DNA of 64,000 bases from Flavobacterium sp. GTDB taxonomy: Bacteria; Bacteroidota; Bacteroidia; Flavobacteriales; Flavobacteriaceae. The position numbers and the translations under genes were made by a program. Where the stretch lies: the NCBI RefSeq assembly GCF_039930565.1, contig NZ_JBDTTP010000015.1:97-64096 (forward strand), written 5' to 3'. Positions 49,903 to 60,253 of the stretch are shown piece by piece. The first letter of the stretch is position 1. Each line of letters starts with the position of its first letter. Under the pieces are notes generated by a model, which ran no database searches, was not told where the DNA came from, and saw only the letters and a program-made list of their open reading frames with translations.

Positions 49903-51099
49903 CTAAACGCCTAATTTCTTAGCAATTTCAGTTGGAATTCCACCTTTATTTACCAATAAAGCAGTTGTTTTGTATTTTACAAAATTTTTGGTTACAAACA
50001 AGAAACCTTTATAGTCATTTGTTTCTCCCCAGGAATTTTTTACAATATAATATTCTCTTCCGGTTTGGTCTTTGGCTAAACCAATAATATGCATTCCGTG
50101 ATCGTCTGTTGTAGTATAATTATCAAATGCAGTCTGACGCATTTCAGGAGTAATTTCGGGTTCTGGTTTTGGTCCGTTAAACATATCTGCTTTTTCTTCA
50201 GCTGACATGTCTTCGAATTTTTTTGTCGGAACATACGCTACCCCATTTTTCCAGCTAAAACTTTTTTCACTCACGTCTGTTGCCCAAGCGACTGTGTATC
50301 CTTTTTTCAAAGCATTGTCAATAACATCTGTCATATCATTTACTTTTACATTATAAACCTGATCAAATGACCAGTTATCCGGCACCATCATTGTTGTTTT
50401 CTGATAATAAGGAGAAGTTGTAAAAGAGGACATTTCGATATAATCATCAGGATTAATTCCTACTACTTCTTTAGCAAAAGATTGTGGTGTATAATTTTTT
50501 CCTTTATAAGTAAAGTTGTCCGGCACTTTTCCTAAATAAGAATCGATAACGGCAGCGTATGCTTTTTGCCAGTTTGGTGTTAATTCGCCATTTGGATTTT
50601 TAACAACAGCCGTCAAAACACCTTCAATAAGCGCTGCCATTTCACCAAATTTATTTTTATCAGTTCCGTAGTTTAATCCTGTGTAAACTTCTCTTGGTAC
50701 CGTTCCGTATTTTTTATACATATTAATTACATCATGTAAGGCACCGCCGTCACCTAAGGTAACTGCACCATGCATACGCACATAATTAATTCCTTTTTCA
50801 ACATATACATTTCTTGCCGAATAAATCTGAGACAATTCTACAGGCTGTTTTCCTAAACGAATCATTTCAGATTCTAAAAATGAATTGGTCGAATAACTCC
50901 AACAAGTTCCTGAAGAACCCTGCAATTTTACTGAAGTAGTTCCTAAATTAATTTGTTCTGTAAATTTAAAGTTCTCTTTACTTTTATCACTTGCATTTAG
51001 TTTCAGCGAATTCACTAAAACGTCTTGTGCAAAACTGCCACTAACGCCAACTAAAAAGGCGGATGCCACTAAAACTGATTTCATCGTAATTTTATACAT
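49903..51099 (-). CDS. Secreted aminopeptidase C (C1B cysteine peptidase)
   Basis: QGSSGTCWSY, TDDHGMHI, VKNSWG catalytic motifs; signal peptide. Confidence 0.9.
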   Translation of the reverse strand: MYKITMKSVLVASAFLVGVSGSFAQDVLVNSLKLNASDKSKENFKFTEQINLGTTSVKLQGSSGTCWSYSTNSFLESEMIRLGKQPVELSQIYSARNVYVEKGINYVRMHGAVTLGDGGALHDVINMYKKYGTVPREVYTGLNYGTDKNKFGEMAALIEGVLTAVVKNPNGELTPNWQKAYAAVIDSYLGKVPDNFTYKGKNYTPQSFAKEVVGINPDDYIEMSSFTTSPYYQKTTMMVPDNWSFDQVYNVKVNDMTDVIDNALKKGYTVAWATDVSEKSFSWKNGVAYVPTKKFEDMSAEEKADMFNGPKPEPEITPEMRQTAFDNYTTTDDHGMHIIGLAKDQTGREYYIVKNSWGETNDYKGFLFVTKNFVKYKTTALLVNKGGIPTEIAKKLGV

Positions 51100-51322
51100 A
51101 ATCAATGATTTAAATAGTTACTTATTAGTAGCCATTATTATATTTGTGTTACAAAACAATTAAATAATAAATAATTTGTGTGAATTATGGAAGTTAATTT
51201 TTTCACAATATTTTTATTGTGCGTTATAAACTTACAAATTACCCGGGTTAGACTCAATTATTAATATTCATTATTCTTACCTAAATAATTACTAATTTGC
51301 CCTGCAAATACAATCAACAATA

Positions 51323-52117
51323 ATGTACCAACTGGAAAAAGAAATATACTTAGGAAATACCAAAAAGATTTTCACTAATACAAATGGTATTGCGGTTGTT
51401 GAAACAGAGTATCAAAATAAAGTTTATGAAGGCTGGCATTCGCATGATAACGCCCACATAACTCTTTTTCTAAAAGGTGGCACAACAGAAAAACGAAAAA
51501 ACTTTAGCAAAACACTTGGTTCGGGTTCATTGTTGTTTTATCATAGTGATGAATTGCATTTGAATCAGGATACACTTTTCCCCTCCAAAAATATTAATAT
51601 TGAGATTGAAGAAAATCTGTTTAAGGAACTTCAAATTACTGAAGCGATAATCGAAAAATCCGTTCAAAACGCAACGCTTACTAAATTTATAATTTTAAAA
51701 ATCTTTAGGGAAAGTTTAGTTGCCGATGCTTTTTCGGGCGATACTATTACCATGTTATTTGCTCAATTATCCAACACTTCTCATTTGGAACGTTTTGAAA
51801 AAAGTCCGTTTTGGGTAAAAAGTTTAAATGAATTATTAAACGATTGCTGGAATGAAAATCCCAGATTACAAGATTTGTCACAGGTTTTAAATTTAAATCC
51901 GATTACGATATCCAAGCATTTTCCCAAATATTTCGGATGTACTTTAGGAGAATATATGCGAAGAATAAAAATCAATCGTTCACTTTCGCTGATACAATCC
52001 AATCAAACTAATCTTACCGAAATTGGTTTTCAATGTGGTTTTGCAGATCAGAGCCATTTCATCAGAACTTTTAAAAACCAAACCGGATTTTTACCCAAAC
52101 AATTTCAAAAATTATAA
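51323..52117 (+). CDS. AraC-family transcriptional regulator
   Basis: Cupin WHSH N-terminus; C-terminal GFADQSHFIRTFK double HTH. Confidence 0.93.
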   Translation: MYQLEKEIYLGNTKKIFTNTNGIAVVETEYQNKVYEGWHSHDNAHITLFLKGGTTEKRKNFSKTLGSGSLLFYHSDELHLNQDTLFPSKNINIEIEENLFKELQITEAIIEKSVQNATLTKFIILKIFRESLVADAFSGDTITMLFAQLSNTSHLERFEKSPFWVKSLNELLNDCWNENPRLQDLSQVLNLNPITISKHFPKYFGCTLGEYMRRIKINRSLSLIQSNQTNLTEIGFQCGFADQSHFIRTFKNQTGFLPKQFQKL

Positions 52118-52195
52118 AGCAGGCAAATTTCATTCTATTTTTTGGTTTTAATGTGACATACATTTGTTACAACTTAATACATACATCAATTCAAA

Positions 52196-53077
52196 ATGGA
52201 AACCCTGACCAGAAAACAAAAATTATTCAATTTTCCTGTAACCAAAATTATTTTTGCTTTAATTGCCTTTATGGCTTTTGTCGTTGTCGGGCAGCAAATT
52301 GCCGGAAAATTATTAGGATTAACAGCTCTTGACAAAGACATTAGAAATCTTTTTAAAGGAATTATTGTTTCGGCTTTAGCCATAATAAGCTATAGTATCT
52401 TTTTTAAATATTACGAAAAAAGGGCCGTAACTGAATTAGTCGTGAAAGGATTGGCAAAAAATCTGATTATCGGAACTTTAATTGGCTTTGTCCTGCAAGC
52501 ACTAACTGTTTTAGTTATTTACCTTAATGGAGGTTTTAACATTATTGCTGTAAATCCAATTTCGTTTATCCTTATTCCGCTTACAGTTGCCTTTACAATT
52601 GCAATTATTGAAGAAATCTTAGTTCGTGGCATCGTATTCAGAATTATTGAAGAAAAACTGGGAAGTTATATTTCCCTTTCTATTTCGTCAATTCTATTTG
52701 GTGCATTGCATTTGGCAAATCCAAACAGCACTTTGCTTTCTGGACTGTGCATTACATTTGCAGGTTTTTTGCTTGGTGCGGCTTTTATTTACAGCCGAAA
52801 TTTATGGTTTCCAATCGCTATACATTTTGCATGGAACTTTACACAATCAGGTATTTTTGGAGCAATAACTTCCGGAAACGAGAAAACAAATAGTTTATTA
52901 ATTTCTAAAATAGAAGGCTCTACATTGCTTACCGGAGGCGAATTTGGACCTGAAGGTTCTGCTCAGGCAACATTATTTTGTCTTATTGCTGCGATTATAT
53001 TATTGGCTTTAAGTCATAAAGAAAAGAAAATAATTAAACCATATTGGAAATCATCCGACTTTAATAATCAATTATAA
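52196..53077 (+). CDS. CPBP (CAAX/Abi) intramembrane glutamic endopeptidase
   Basis: EEILVRG, FGALH, IAIHFAWNF, LTGG.FGPEGS. Confidence 0.92.
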   Translation: METLTRKQKLFNFPVTKIIFALIAFMAFVVVGQQIAGKLLGLTALDKDIRNLFKGIIVSALAIISYSIFFKYYEKRAVTELVVKGLAKNLIIGTLIGFVLQALTVLVIYLNGGFNIIAVNPISFILIPLTVAFTIAIIEEILVRGIVFRIIEEKLGSYISLSISSILFGALHLANPNSTLLSGLCITFAGFLLGAAFIYSRNLWFPIAIHFAWNFTQSGIFGAITSGNEKTNSLLISKIEGSTLLTGGEFGPEGSAQATLFCLIAAIILLALSHKEKKIIKPYWKSSDFNNQL

Positions 53078-53093
53078 AGCAAAATGATTGCAT

Positions 53094-53128
53094 AAAAAAA
53101 CCGTCAAATATATTTTTGACGGTTTTTT
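53094..53128. terminator. Bidirectional terminator
   Basis: AAAAAACCGTCAAA/TTTGACGGTTTTTT stem. Confidence 0.85.
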
Positions 53129-53149
53129 ATTTTTTAAATTCAGAAAAAA

Positions 53150-54580
53150 TTATTCTATTTCAGAAACTCTCACAGTGTTTACCATTCCCTTATCTTTAAT
53201 TGGCATAGCGGCAAGGTTAATTAAATAATCTCCTTTTACTACATAACCTTTTTCTTTTGCAATATTGTTTACATCTGTAACTGTATCATCAGTACTTTCG
53301 TCCTTATCGTAGAAATATGACTTTACTCCCCATAACAAATTCAATTGAGTTAATATTCTTTTATTTGAAGTAAAAACTAAAATGTGAGCAGAAGGCCTCC
53401 ATGCTGAAATTTGAAAGGCTGTGTACCCACTATTGGTTAACGTACAAATAGCTTTCGCATGAATTGTATTTGCCATTATCGCTGCCTGTTGACAAATTGT
53501 TTTGGTAATAAAACGTTTTGTCTTAATTTGAGGCGTATTTTGTGGAACGGTAATTAGTGGTGAATCTTCTACAGCTTCACATATTTGAGTCATTTTTTGA
53601 ATAACCTGTACAGGATAATTACCAGTAGCCGTTTCTCCTGATAACATTACAGCATCTGCTCCATCCATAACCGAGTTGGCCACATCATTTACTTCCGCAC
53701 GTGTTGGCGTTAAACTGGTAATCATAGTTTCCATCATTTGTGTTGCCACAATTACAGGAATTCTTGCAGTTTTAGCTCTGCGGATTAAGTCTTTTTGTAC
53801 CAATGGCACTTCATGAGCAGGCAGTTCAACTCCTAAATCGCCACGAGCCACCATTAAACCATCACAATAAGCTATGATTTTATCAATATTCACTAATGCT
53901 TCCGGCATTTCAATTTTTGCAATAATCGGAATTTTAACATCCGAATGTTTTGCAATTAATTCTTGTAGATCTTGTAGATCACGGGGTGTTTTAACAAACG
54001 AAAGTGCAATCCAGTCTACTTTTTGTTCAATAGCAAAAATAGCATCTGCAATATCTTTTTCTGTTAAAGCTGGTAAAGAAATTTTAGTGTTTGGAAGATT
54101 AACCCCTTTTTTAGATTTTAATTCCCCACCCTGAATTACTTTAGCAACAACTTCTGTTTTTTTATCTGTTGAGATAATTTCAAAAATAAGTTTACCGTCA
54201 TCAAGCAAAATACGCTCTCCTGCATTAACATCATTTGGAAAATTTTGATATTTCATGAATACTTTTGAAGCAGTTCCAATAATATCTTCTGCAGTTGTAA
54301 AAGTGATTATATCACCATCATTAACTACTGTTCCTTCTTCCATCACACCAACTCTAAGTTTTGGCCCCTGCAAATCCCCAAGGATTGCTGTAGTGTAGCC
54401 AAATTCTTCATTAAGTCCTCTAATGATATTGATTTTTTCTTTTACTCCTTCATAATCTGCATGCGAAAAATTAACTCTAAACACATTTACACCTGCGTCG
54501 ATCATATCCTTGATGATCTCTCTAGTTCCACATGCAGGTCCAAGTGTGGCTACAATTTTGGTTTTTTTGTTTGTAAGCAT
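53150..54580 (-). CDS. pyk: Pyruvate kinase
   Basis: TKIVATLGPA, DLQGPKLR, IIAKIE, MVARGDLGVE, ATQMMETM, AVMLSGETA. Confidence 0.98.
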   Translation of the reverse strand: MLTNKKTKIVATLGPACGTREIIKDMIDAGVNVFRVNFSHADYEGVKEKINIIRGLNEEFGYTTAILGDLQGPKLRVGVMEEGTVVNDGDIITFTTAEDIIGTASKVFMKYQNFPNDVNAGERILLDDGKLIFEIISTDKKTEVVAKVIQGGELKSKKGVNLPNTKISLPALTEKDIADAIFAIEQKVDWIALSFVKTPRDLQDLQELIAKHSDVKIPIIAKIEMPEALVNIDKIIAYCDGLMVARGDLGVELPAHEVPLVQKDLIRRAKTARIPVIVATQMMETMITSLTPTRAEVNDVANSVMDGADAVMLSGETATGNYPVQVIQKMTQICEAVEDSPLITVPQNTPQIKTKRFITKTICQQAAIMANTIHAKAICTLTNSGYTAFQISAWRPSAHILVFTSNKRILTQLNLLWGVKSYFYDKDESTDDTVTDVNNIAKEKGYVVKGDYLINLAAMPIKDKGMVNTVRVSEIE

Positions 54581-54583
54581 TTT

Positions 54584-55072
54584 TTAAAAAATTAAATTGT
54601 TTTTTGATTTTATTTTGTTTGTATCAACAACATATATAGCTGCAATACTCTCAATTGTATTTAGCTTTTGCTGAATTTCTGAAAAGTCCATAGCCTCATC
54701 GCTATTATCTATTTTCAGGAAAAAATCTACTTTTTTGAATTCAGGAAGTAAATGAATTGTTGTTGAAACCTCACTTGTTTCATTGGAAAACAAATCCTGA
54801 AAATCATTTTTACTCACTGAAATGATTTCATTTTTATTCTGAATCAGATTCCACGATAAGGCCTTATCGTTATCATAATAATAGAATCTTGAAAAATTTG
54901 TCTGTCCTTCCTTAGTTTGAGCATGGATCTCGTTTTTGCTCTTACTTAAGTTTATCGGAAGTGCTTTATTGATAAAATAGGCCAGTCGATAATCTTCTAA
55001 TGAAGTATGGATTGCCATTAAATAGTAATCAATTTCGTCAAATTCGTCTAAATCCAATCTATGAATAGCCAT
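54584..55072 (-). CDS. IPExxxVDY family protein
   Basis: AIHTSLEDYRLAYFIN and LLPEFKKVDF; sits between rnc and pyk as in other Flavobacteriia. Confidence 0.85.
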   Translation of the reverse strand: MAIHRLDLDEFDEIDYYLMAIHTSLEDYRLAYFINKALPINLSKSKNEIHAQTKEGQTNFSRFYYYDNDKALSWNLIQNKNEIISVSKNDFQDLFSNETSEVSTTIHLLPEFKKVDFFLKIDNSDEAMDFSEIQQKLNTIESIAAIYVVDTNKIKSKNNLIF

Positions 55073-55196
55073 ATCATGAAAATCAAGGTGTAAATATACT
55101 ATTTCTATTGAACCATCAATAATACAGATGGACTTGTTTTTGTTAATTTATAAACTAAAACGATATAGCTTTAAGAAGATTACTATAAATATACTG

Positions 55197-55937
55197 TTAT
55201 TTCTTATCTATTTTTTCCTGAAATGCAAAATAAGCACGTTGAGATGCTTTCTCTTCCGCCTTCTTTTTAGAAGTTGCTCTTGCTCTTGCAATAACTTTAT
55301 CATCTATACTCAATTTGACACCAAATAATCTTTGACCGTCAATTCCATTATCTTCAAATATATCATAATGAAAAACTCTTTTTTCTTTCTGACACCATTC
55401 AATAACCAAACTTTTATAACTAATTACTTTTCCCTCCAGTCTGGCAATATCAACATAAGGTGTAATGACTCTTTTTTGTATGAACTTTTCACAGAAGCCA
55501 TATCCTCTGTCTAAGTAGATGGCTCCTACAAGTGATTCAAAAATGTTTCCGTGAATATTTTCACCAAAATGCTGTACAGGAACTTTACTTTCAATAAAGC
55601 GAACGAGGTTTAAGTCCTTGCCTAATTCATTCAAATGTTCCCTGCTAACAATTTTAGATCGCATTTTAGTCAAATATCCTTCATCTCCATTGGGTACTTT
55701 ACTAAATAAATGTGCTGCAATTACTGCACTTAACATAGCATCTCCCAAAAATTCTAATCTTTCATAATTTACGGGTATTCCGGATTCATCAAGTTTGTTT
55801 GAGGAACGGTGGGTAAAGGCTTTCTTATAATATTCAATTGAAATTGGCTGAAAACCAAGTATTTTCTGAATAGTGTCAAAAAAAATCCCGTCTTCTTTTG
55901 AACGGGATTTTGAGAGGATTTTTTTGAAAATATTCAT
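55197..55937 (-). CDS. rnc: Ribonuclease III
   Basis: AFTHRS, YERLEFLGDA, ESLVGAIYLD, C-terminal dsRBD SKKKAEEKA. Confidence 0.97.
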   Translation of the reverse strand: MNIFKKILSKSRSKEDGIFFDTIQKILGFQPISIEYYKKAFTHRSSNKLDESGIPVNYERLEFLGDAMLSAVIAAHLFSKVPNGDEGYLTKMRSKIVSREHLNELGKDLNLVRFIESKVPVQHFGENIHGNIFESLVGAIYLDRGYGFCEKFIQKRVITPYVDIARLEGKVISYKSLVIEWCQKEKRVFHYDIFEDNGIDGQRLFGVKLSIDDKVIARARATSKKKAEEKASQRAYFAFQEKIDKK

Positions 55938-55945
55938 ATGCAAAA

Positions 55946-57199
55946 TTATTCTGATAATTTTTTAAACAATACACATGCATTATGGCCACCAAAACCAAAA
56001 GTATTGCTCATAGCAACATTTACTTCTCTTTTTTGCGGTTTGTTTAAAGTAAGATTTAATGCCGGATCAATATTTTCATCAACAACCTTGTGGTTTATTG
56101 TTGGAGGAACAAGACTATGTTTCATAGCTAAAATTGAAGCAATTGCTTCAATTGCTCCTGCAGCCCCAAGCAAATGCCCAGTCATTGATTTTGTTGAATT
56201 AATATTGATTGTTTTAGCATGTTCACCAAACACCGCACTAATTGCTTTTAATTCGGCAACATCGCCTAATGGAGTAGAAGTTCCATGTGTATTGATATGG
56301 TCAACATCTTCAGGATTCATTCCCGCATCTCTTAATGTGTTTTTCATTACCGCAATGACCCCTATTCCTTCCGGATGTGGAGCTGTTAAGTGGTAAGCAT
56401 CTGATGACATTCCGCCTCCACCAACTTCACAGTAAATTTTTGCTCCTCTCGCTTTCGCATGCTCATATTCCTCAAGAACAAGCGCACCTGCTCCTTCACC
56501 TAAAACAAAACCATCTCTGGTAGCATCAAAAGGTCTTGAAGCTGTTTCCGGACTTTCGTTTCTTGTAGATAATGCGTGCATAGAATTAAAACCTCCCATA
56601 CCTGCAATAGTAATGGCGGCTTCTGATCCTCCAGAAATAATAACATCACACATTCCTAAACGAATGTAGTTGAAAGCATCAATTAAGGCATTTGCAGAAG
56701 ATGCACATGCTGAAACAGTTGTATAATTTGGTCCCATATAACCATTACGCATCGAAATATGCGCCGGAGCTATATCGGCAATCATTTTGGGGATAAAAAA
56801 CGGATTGAATTTAGGTGTCCCGTCACCTTTAGCGTAGTACATTACTTCTTCCTGAAAAGTTTCCAAACCTCCAATTCCCGCTCCCCATATAACACCAACT
56901 CTTTGTTTGTCTATGTTATCATTCGTAAGTCCTGCATCCTTAATAGCTTCGTCACTTGCTGCTACGGCATATTGAGCAAATTTATCTAATCTGCGTGATT
57001 CCTTGCGATCCATATAATCTTCAATATTGAAGTTTTTTACTTCGCAGGCAAATTTCGTTTTATGTTTTTCTGTATCGTAATACGTTATTGGGGCAGCACC
57101 GCTAACACCATTAATAAGCGCATCCCAATACTCCTGGATATTATTTCCGATAGGAGTAAGAGCGCCTAATCCTGTTACAACAACTCGCTTTAATGCCAT
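55946..57199 (-). CDS. fabF: 3-oxoacyl-ACP synthase II
   Basis: RVVVTGLG, SACAS, HGTST, KSMTGHLLGAAG, SNTFGFGGHN. Confidence 0.97.
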   Translation of the reverse strand: MALKRVVVTGLGALTPIGNNIQEYWDALINGVSGAAPITYYDTEKHKTKFACEVKNFNIEDYMDRKESRRLDKFAQYAVAASDEAIKDAGLTNDNIDKQRVGVIWGAGIGGLETFQEEVMYYAKGDGTPKFNPFFIPKMIADIAPAHISMRNGYMGPNYTTVSACASSANALIDAFNYIRLGMCDVIISGGSEAAITIAGMGGFNSMHALSTRNESPETASRPFDATRDGFVLGEGAGALVLEEYEHAKARGAKIYCEVGGGGMSSDAYHLTAPHPEGIGVIAVMKNTLRDAGMNPEDVDHINTHGTSTPLGDVAELKAISAVFGEHAKTININSTKSMTGHLLGAAGAIEAIASILAMKHSLVPPTINHKVVDENIDPALNLTLNKPQKREVNVAMSNTFGFGGHNACVLFKKLSE

Positions 57200-57380
57200 A
57201 AATATGTATTTTATCTTTAACAAATAAAACCCACGCTTTCTTAACTGTATTGTTTACTTAAGAGCCATGGGCATTACAATATAAATATATTTTTTTTGAT
57301 TGAAATTCAATCGAAATTTAAATTTTAAAAAAAATAATAACACCCGACCTATATAGCATATAAAATCGGGTGTATATTTA

Positions 57381-57617
57381 TTATTTTTTAGCTTCCTCGA
57401 TATAAGAAATAGCTTGACCAACAGTAGCAATGTTTTCTGCCTGATCGTCTGGAATTTGGATATCAAATTCTTTTTCGAATTCCATAATAAGCTCAACAGT
57501 GTCTAATGAGTCAGCTCCTAAATCATTAGTGAAGCTTGCTTCTGTTACAACTTCGTTTTCGTCAACACCTAATTTGTCTACGATAATCGCTTTTACTCTT
57601 GATGCAATGTCTGACAT
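57381..57617 (-). CDS. acpP: Acyl carrier protein
   Basis: [14 protein letters not shown] phosphopantetheine site. Confidence 0.98.
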   Translation of the reverse strand: MSDIASRVKAIIVDKLGVDENEVVTEASFTNDLGADSLDTVELIMEFEKEFDIQIPDDQAENIATVGQAISYIEEAKK

Positions 57618-57792
57618 AATCTTTAATTTTAGAATTTAATTTGTTGGCAAAAATAAAAAACTTTATTTTAAAACAACTATATAGTTAATAAATGTATTAC
57701 TAATTTATAAAATTAATTTCAAGAAAGCTCTTTTAATACTATTTATTTTGATTTATTATTCCGTTTTTTGCATTCTAAAAACATACACTAAT

Positions 57793-58365
57793 ATGAAAAA
57801 AATTATTGTTTTTGCCTCAGGTTCAGGAACTAATGCAGAAAACATTATACAATATTTTAAAAATAAAGAAATTGCCAAAGTAGTTTCTGTCTTCACAAAC
57901 AATCCTTCCGCTAAAGTCATTGACAAGGCAAAAAAACATCAAATTCCAACTGAAATTTTCTCAAAAGAAGAACTTTTAGACAAAAAAGTACTTCAAAAAA
58001 TACAGGAAATCGACCCGGATCTTATTGTTTTGGCTGGTTTTTTATTGAAATTTCCTGAGCATATAATTCAACAATATCCTCACAAAATAATCAACATCCA
58101 TCCGGCCCTTTTACCCAATTATGGCGGAAAAGGAATGTACGGCATACACATACACAGGGCAATAGTAAACAATAAGGAAAAGGAAACAGGGATTTCTATT
58201 CATTATGTAAATGAACATTATGATGAAGGCGGGATTATTTTTCAGCAGAACGTGGCTTTGACTGAAAACGACACTCCGGAAACGGTGGCTGAAAAGATTC
58301 ATGAACTCGAACAACAATATTTTCCTGAAATTATTTATAATTTACTAGAGAAAGAAATTGGTTAG
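57793..58365 (+). CDS. purN: Phosphoribosylglycinamide formyltransferase
   Basis: ASGSGTN, VLAGF, INIHPALLP, HYV...YDEG. Confidence 0.96.
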   Translation: MKKIIVFASGSGTNAENIIQYFKNKEIAKVVSVFTNNPSAKVIDKAKKHQIPTEIFSKEELLDKKVLQKIQEIDPDLIVLAGFLLKFPEHIIQQYPHKIINIHPALLPNYGGKGMYGIHIHRAIVNNKEKETGISIHYVNEHYDEGGIIFQQNVALTENDTPETVAEKIHELEQQYFPEIIYNLLEKEIG

Positions 58366-58470
58366 ATTTAAACTTTACATGAATTAATATTATTTAAATA
58401 TAATTTTTTTTCATTTGAAGCCACAAATTTAAAATCCGGCAAATTAAGAATCTGAATATTCAAAATTTAA

Positions 58471-58950
58471 ATGAATCACGAAGTACATATATATACTGAT
58501 GGCGCCGCAAAAGGAAATCCCGGAAAAGGCGGTTATGGCGTAGTAATGGAATTAGTGGGAACTCCTCATAAAAAAGAATTTTATGAAGGCTTTCGTCTTA
58601 CTACCAATAACAGAATGGAACTTTTAGCTGTAATTGTTGGTTTAGAAAAACTGAAAAATCCAAATATGAAGGTTTTAGTCCTGTCAGATTCTAAATATGT
58701 TGTTGATTCAGTTTTGAAAAGCTGGGTTTTAGGCTGGGAAAAAAAGAAATTCGCAGGAAGAAAAAACCCTGATTTATGGCAACGTTTTCTAATTGCTTAT
58801 CGAAAGCATCAAGTCGATTTTAAATGGATTAAAGGCCATAATAATCACCCGCAAAATGAACGTTGTGATCAATTAGCTGTTATGGCATCCATGCAAACCA
58901 ATCTTTCTGTTGATGTTTACTATGAAACTATCGGCTCTAAAATGGAATAA
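58471..58950 (+). CDS. rnhA: Ribonuclease HI
   Basis: YTDGA..GNPG.GG, TTNNRMEL, SDSKYV, WIKGH..HPQNERCD. Confidence 0.97.
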   Translation: MNHEVHIYTDGAAKGNPGKGGYGVVMELVGTPHKKEFYEGFRLTTNNRMELLAVIVGLEKLKNPNMKVLVLSDSKYVVDSVLKSWVLGWEKKKFAGRKNPDLWQRFLIAYRKHQVDFKWIKGHNNHPQNERCDQLAVMASMQTNLSVDVYYETIGSKME

Positions 58951-59010
58951 AAAACGCATCAAATCCATTGTTCTGATGCGTTATAGTTTTAATGTACCAA
59001 CTCAAGACCT

Positions 59011-59358
59011 TTATTCTTTATCCAAATCCTTAGCTCTGCTAAATCCTACAAGCAAACCTACTCCTGACATTGTAATGATTGTTGCCGGGTAAACAACATC
59101 TGAATTCATTTGTGTGTAAGTGGAAAGAAATAAAGCAATAAAAAAACCAAGTCCAATTCCGATTAAAAGAAAAGCTGTATTTAAAATAAAGATTTTCCAG
59201 GGTGGAACTCCATTGTTTTTTCCTTTTAAAAAAATACTCGCATCAATGCCCTTTTCGATCAGTGCTAAACGCTCTCTGTTTCGTGTTGAATAAATAAGAT
59301 AAAAAATACCGAAGATCATTAAGAAAAGACTAATTGGTATTAAAATTTGTGGTCCCAT
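59011..59358 (-). CDS. Small membrane protein (DUF6249-like)
   Basis: Three TM helices with RNRERLALIEKG motif; divergent from the ECF sigma gene. Confidence 0.8.
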   Translation of the reverse strand: MGPQILIPISLFLMIFGIFYLIYSTRNRERLALIEKGIDASIFLKGKNNGVPPWKIFILNTAFLLIGIGLGFFIALFLSTYTQMNSDVVYPATIITMSGVGLLVGFSRAKDLDKE

Positions 59359-59394
59359 AATTTTTTTATTTAATTGATTGATTGATACCGATAT

Positions 59395-59421
59395 GACGAA
59401 GCCTTTTTAATGTAGGTTACA
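59395..59421 (-). promoter_or_regulatory. ECF-sigma promoter for the DUF6249-like gene
   Basis: Minus strand TGTAACC-N14-TTCGTC. Confidence 0.7.
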
Positions 59422-59629
59422 AACTATTGGTAAAAATTTTAATTTTTTAAATTCCATTGTAGACTTTGCGACCAAAAATCGTTGATTATCAGTTGGTTTT
59501 CAATGAACGAATTCTTTTTGATGTTAACTTTATCTTTTTAAAAGTTTTAAACTTTACAAATAAGACCCAGACTTTTGTCTTAAATTAGAAATTGGAAATT
59601 TAACAGATTAGAATTTATTTCAAAAATTT

Positions 59630-59656
59630 TGTAACCTAAATAAGCAAGCAGTCGTC
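59630..59656 (+). promoter_or_regulatory. ECF-sigma autoregulatory promoter
   Basis: TGTAACC-N14-GTCGTC ending 10 nt before the sigma ATG. Confidence 0.75.
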
Positions 59657-59665
59657 CTATATAAT

Positions 59666-60253
59666 ATGAGTGCAATCAGTGATCAAGATTATATCGATAA
59701 AATTTTGCAGGGCGATACCCACTTGTTTGCTGTGCTGGTTGACCGTTATAAGAATATGATTTTTACACTGGCTTTGAAAATGGTTAAAAACAGAGAAGAA
59801 GCCGAAGAAGTCGCTCAGGATACTTTTATTAAAATTTACAACTCTTTAAGCAAGTTTAAAGGTGATTCTAAATTTTCAACCTGGATTTACAGGGTGGCAT
59901 ACAATACTTGTTTGGATCGTTTGAAGAAAAATAAAAAAGAAGACGTTACTATATCTATAGATGAATTTTCGGTACATTTAATTAAAACAATGGACAATGC
60001 TTTGAATGCTTTAGAAGACAAGGAACGAAAGCAGACTATTCAGAATTGTTTAAATTCATTATCAAATGAAGACAATTTTCTGCTAACTTTATTTTATTTT
60101 GAAGATCAGAGTCTAGAGGAAATCGGAAAAATCATGAACATTAATGCTAATAATGTCAAAGTAAAATTATTTAGATCCCGACAAAAATTAGCAGTAATTT
60201 TGAAAAAGCAACTAGAACCAGAAATAATAGCGTATTATGAAAGAGAGCGATAA
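59666..60253 (+). CDS. ECF RNA polymerase sigma factor
   Basis: AEEVAQDTFIK, SKFSTWIYRVAYN (region 2); SLEEIG.IM...NVKVKLFRSR (region 4). Confidence 0.95.
   Translation: MSAISDQDYIDKILQGDTHLFAVLVDRYKNMIFTLALKMVKNREEAEEVAQDTFIKIYNSLSKFKGDSKFSTWIYRVAYNTCLDRLKKNKKEDVTISIDEFSVHLIKTMDNALNALEDKERKQTIQNCLNSLSNEDNFLLTLFYFEDQSLEEIGKIMNINANNVKVKLFRSRQKLAVILKKQLEPEIIAYYERER

Noticed and set aside
52196-53077. Abortive-infection defence gene (Abi name of the CPBP family)
   Set aside because: The family label is historical; the motifs are those of an intramembrane protease paired with an AraC regulator, with no defence context.
55938-56396. Long antisense ORFs (also 31856-32293, 27301-27882, 61275-61655 and others)
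   Set aside because: Shadows of well-supported genes on the opposite strand, with no recognisable motifs.
58366-58470. Degenerate heptamer-like runs upstream of rnhA (and near 59580-59615) as empty cassette sites
   Set aside because: Too degenerate in AT-rich DNA, and no convincing complementary partner arm was found by eye.
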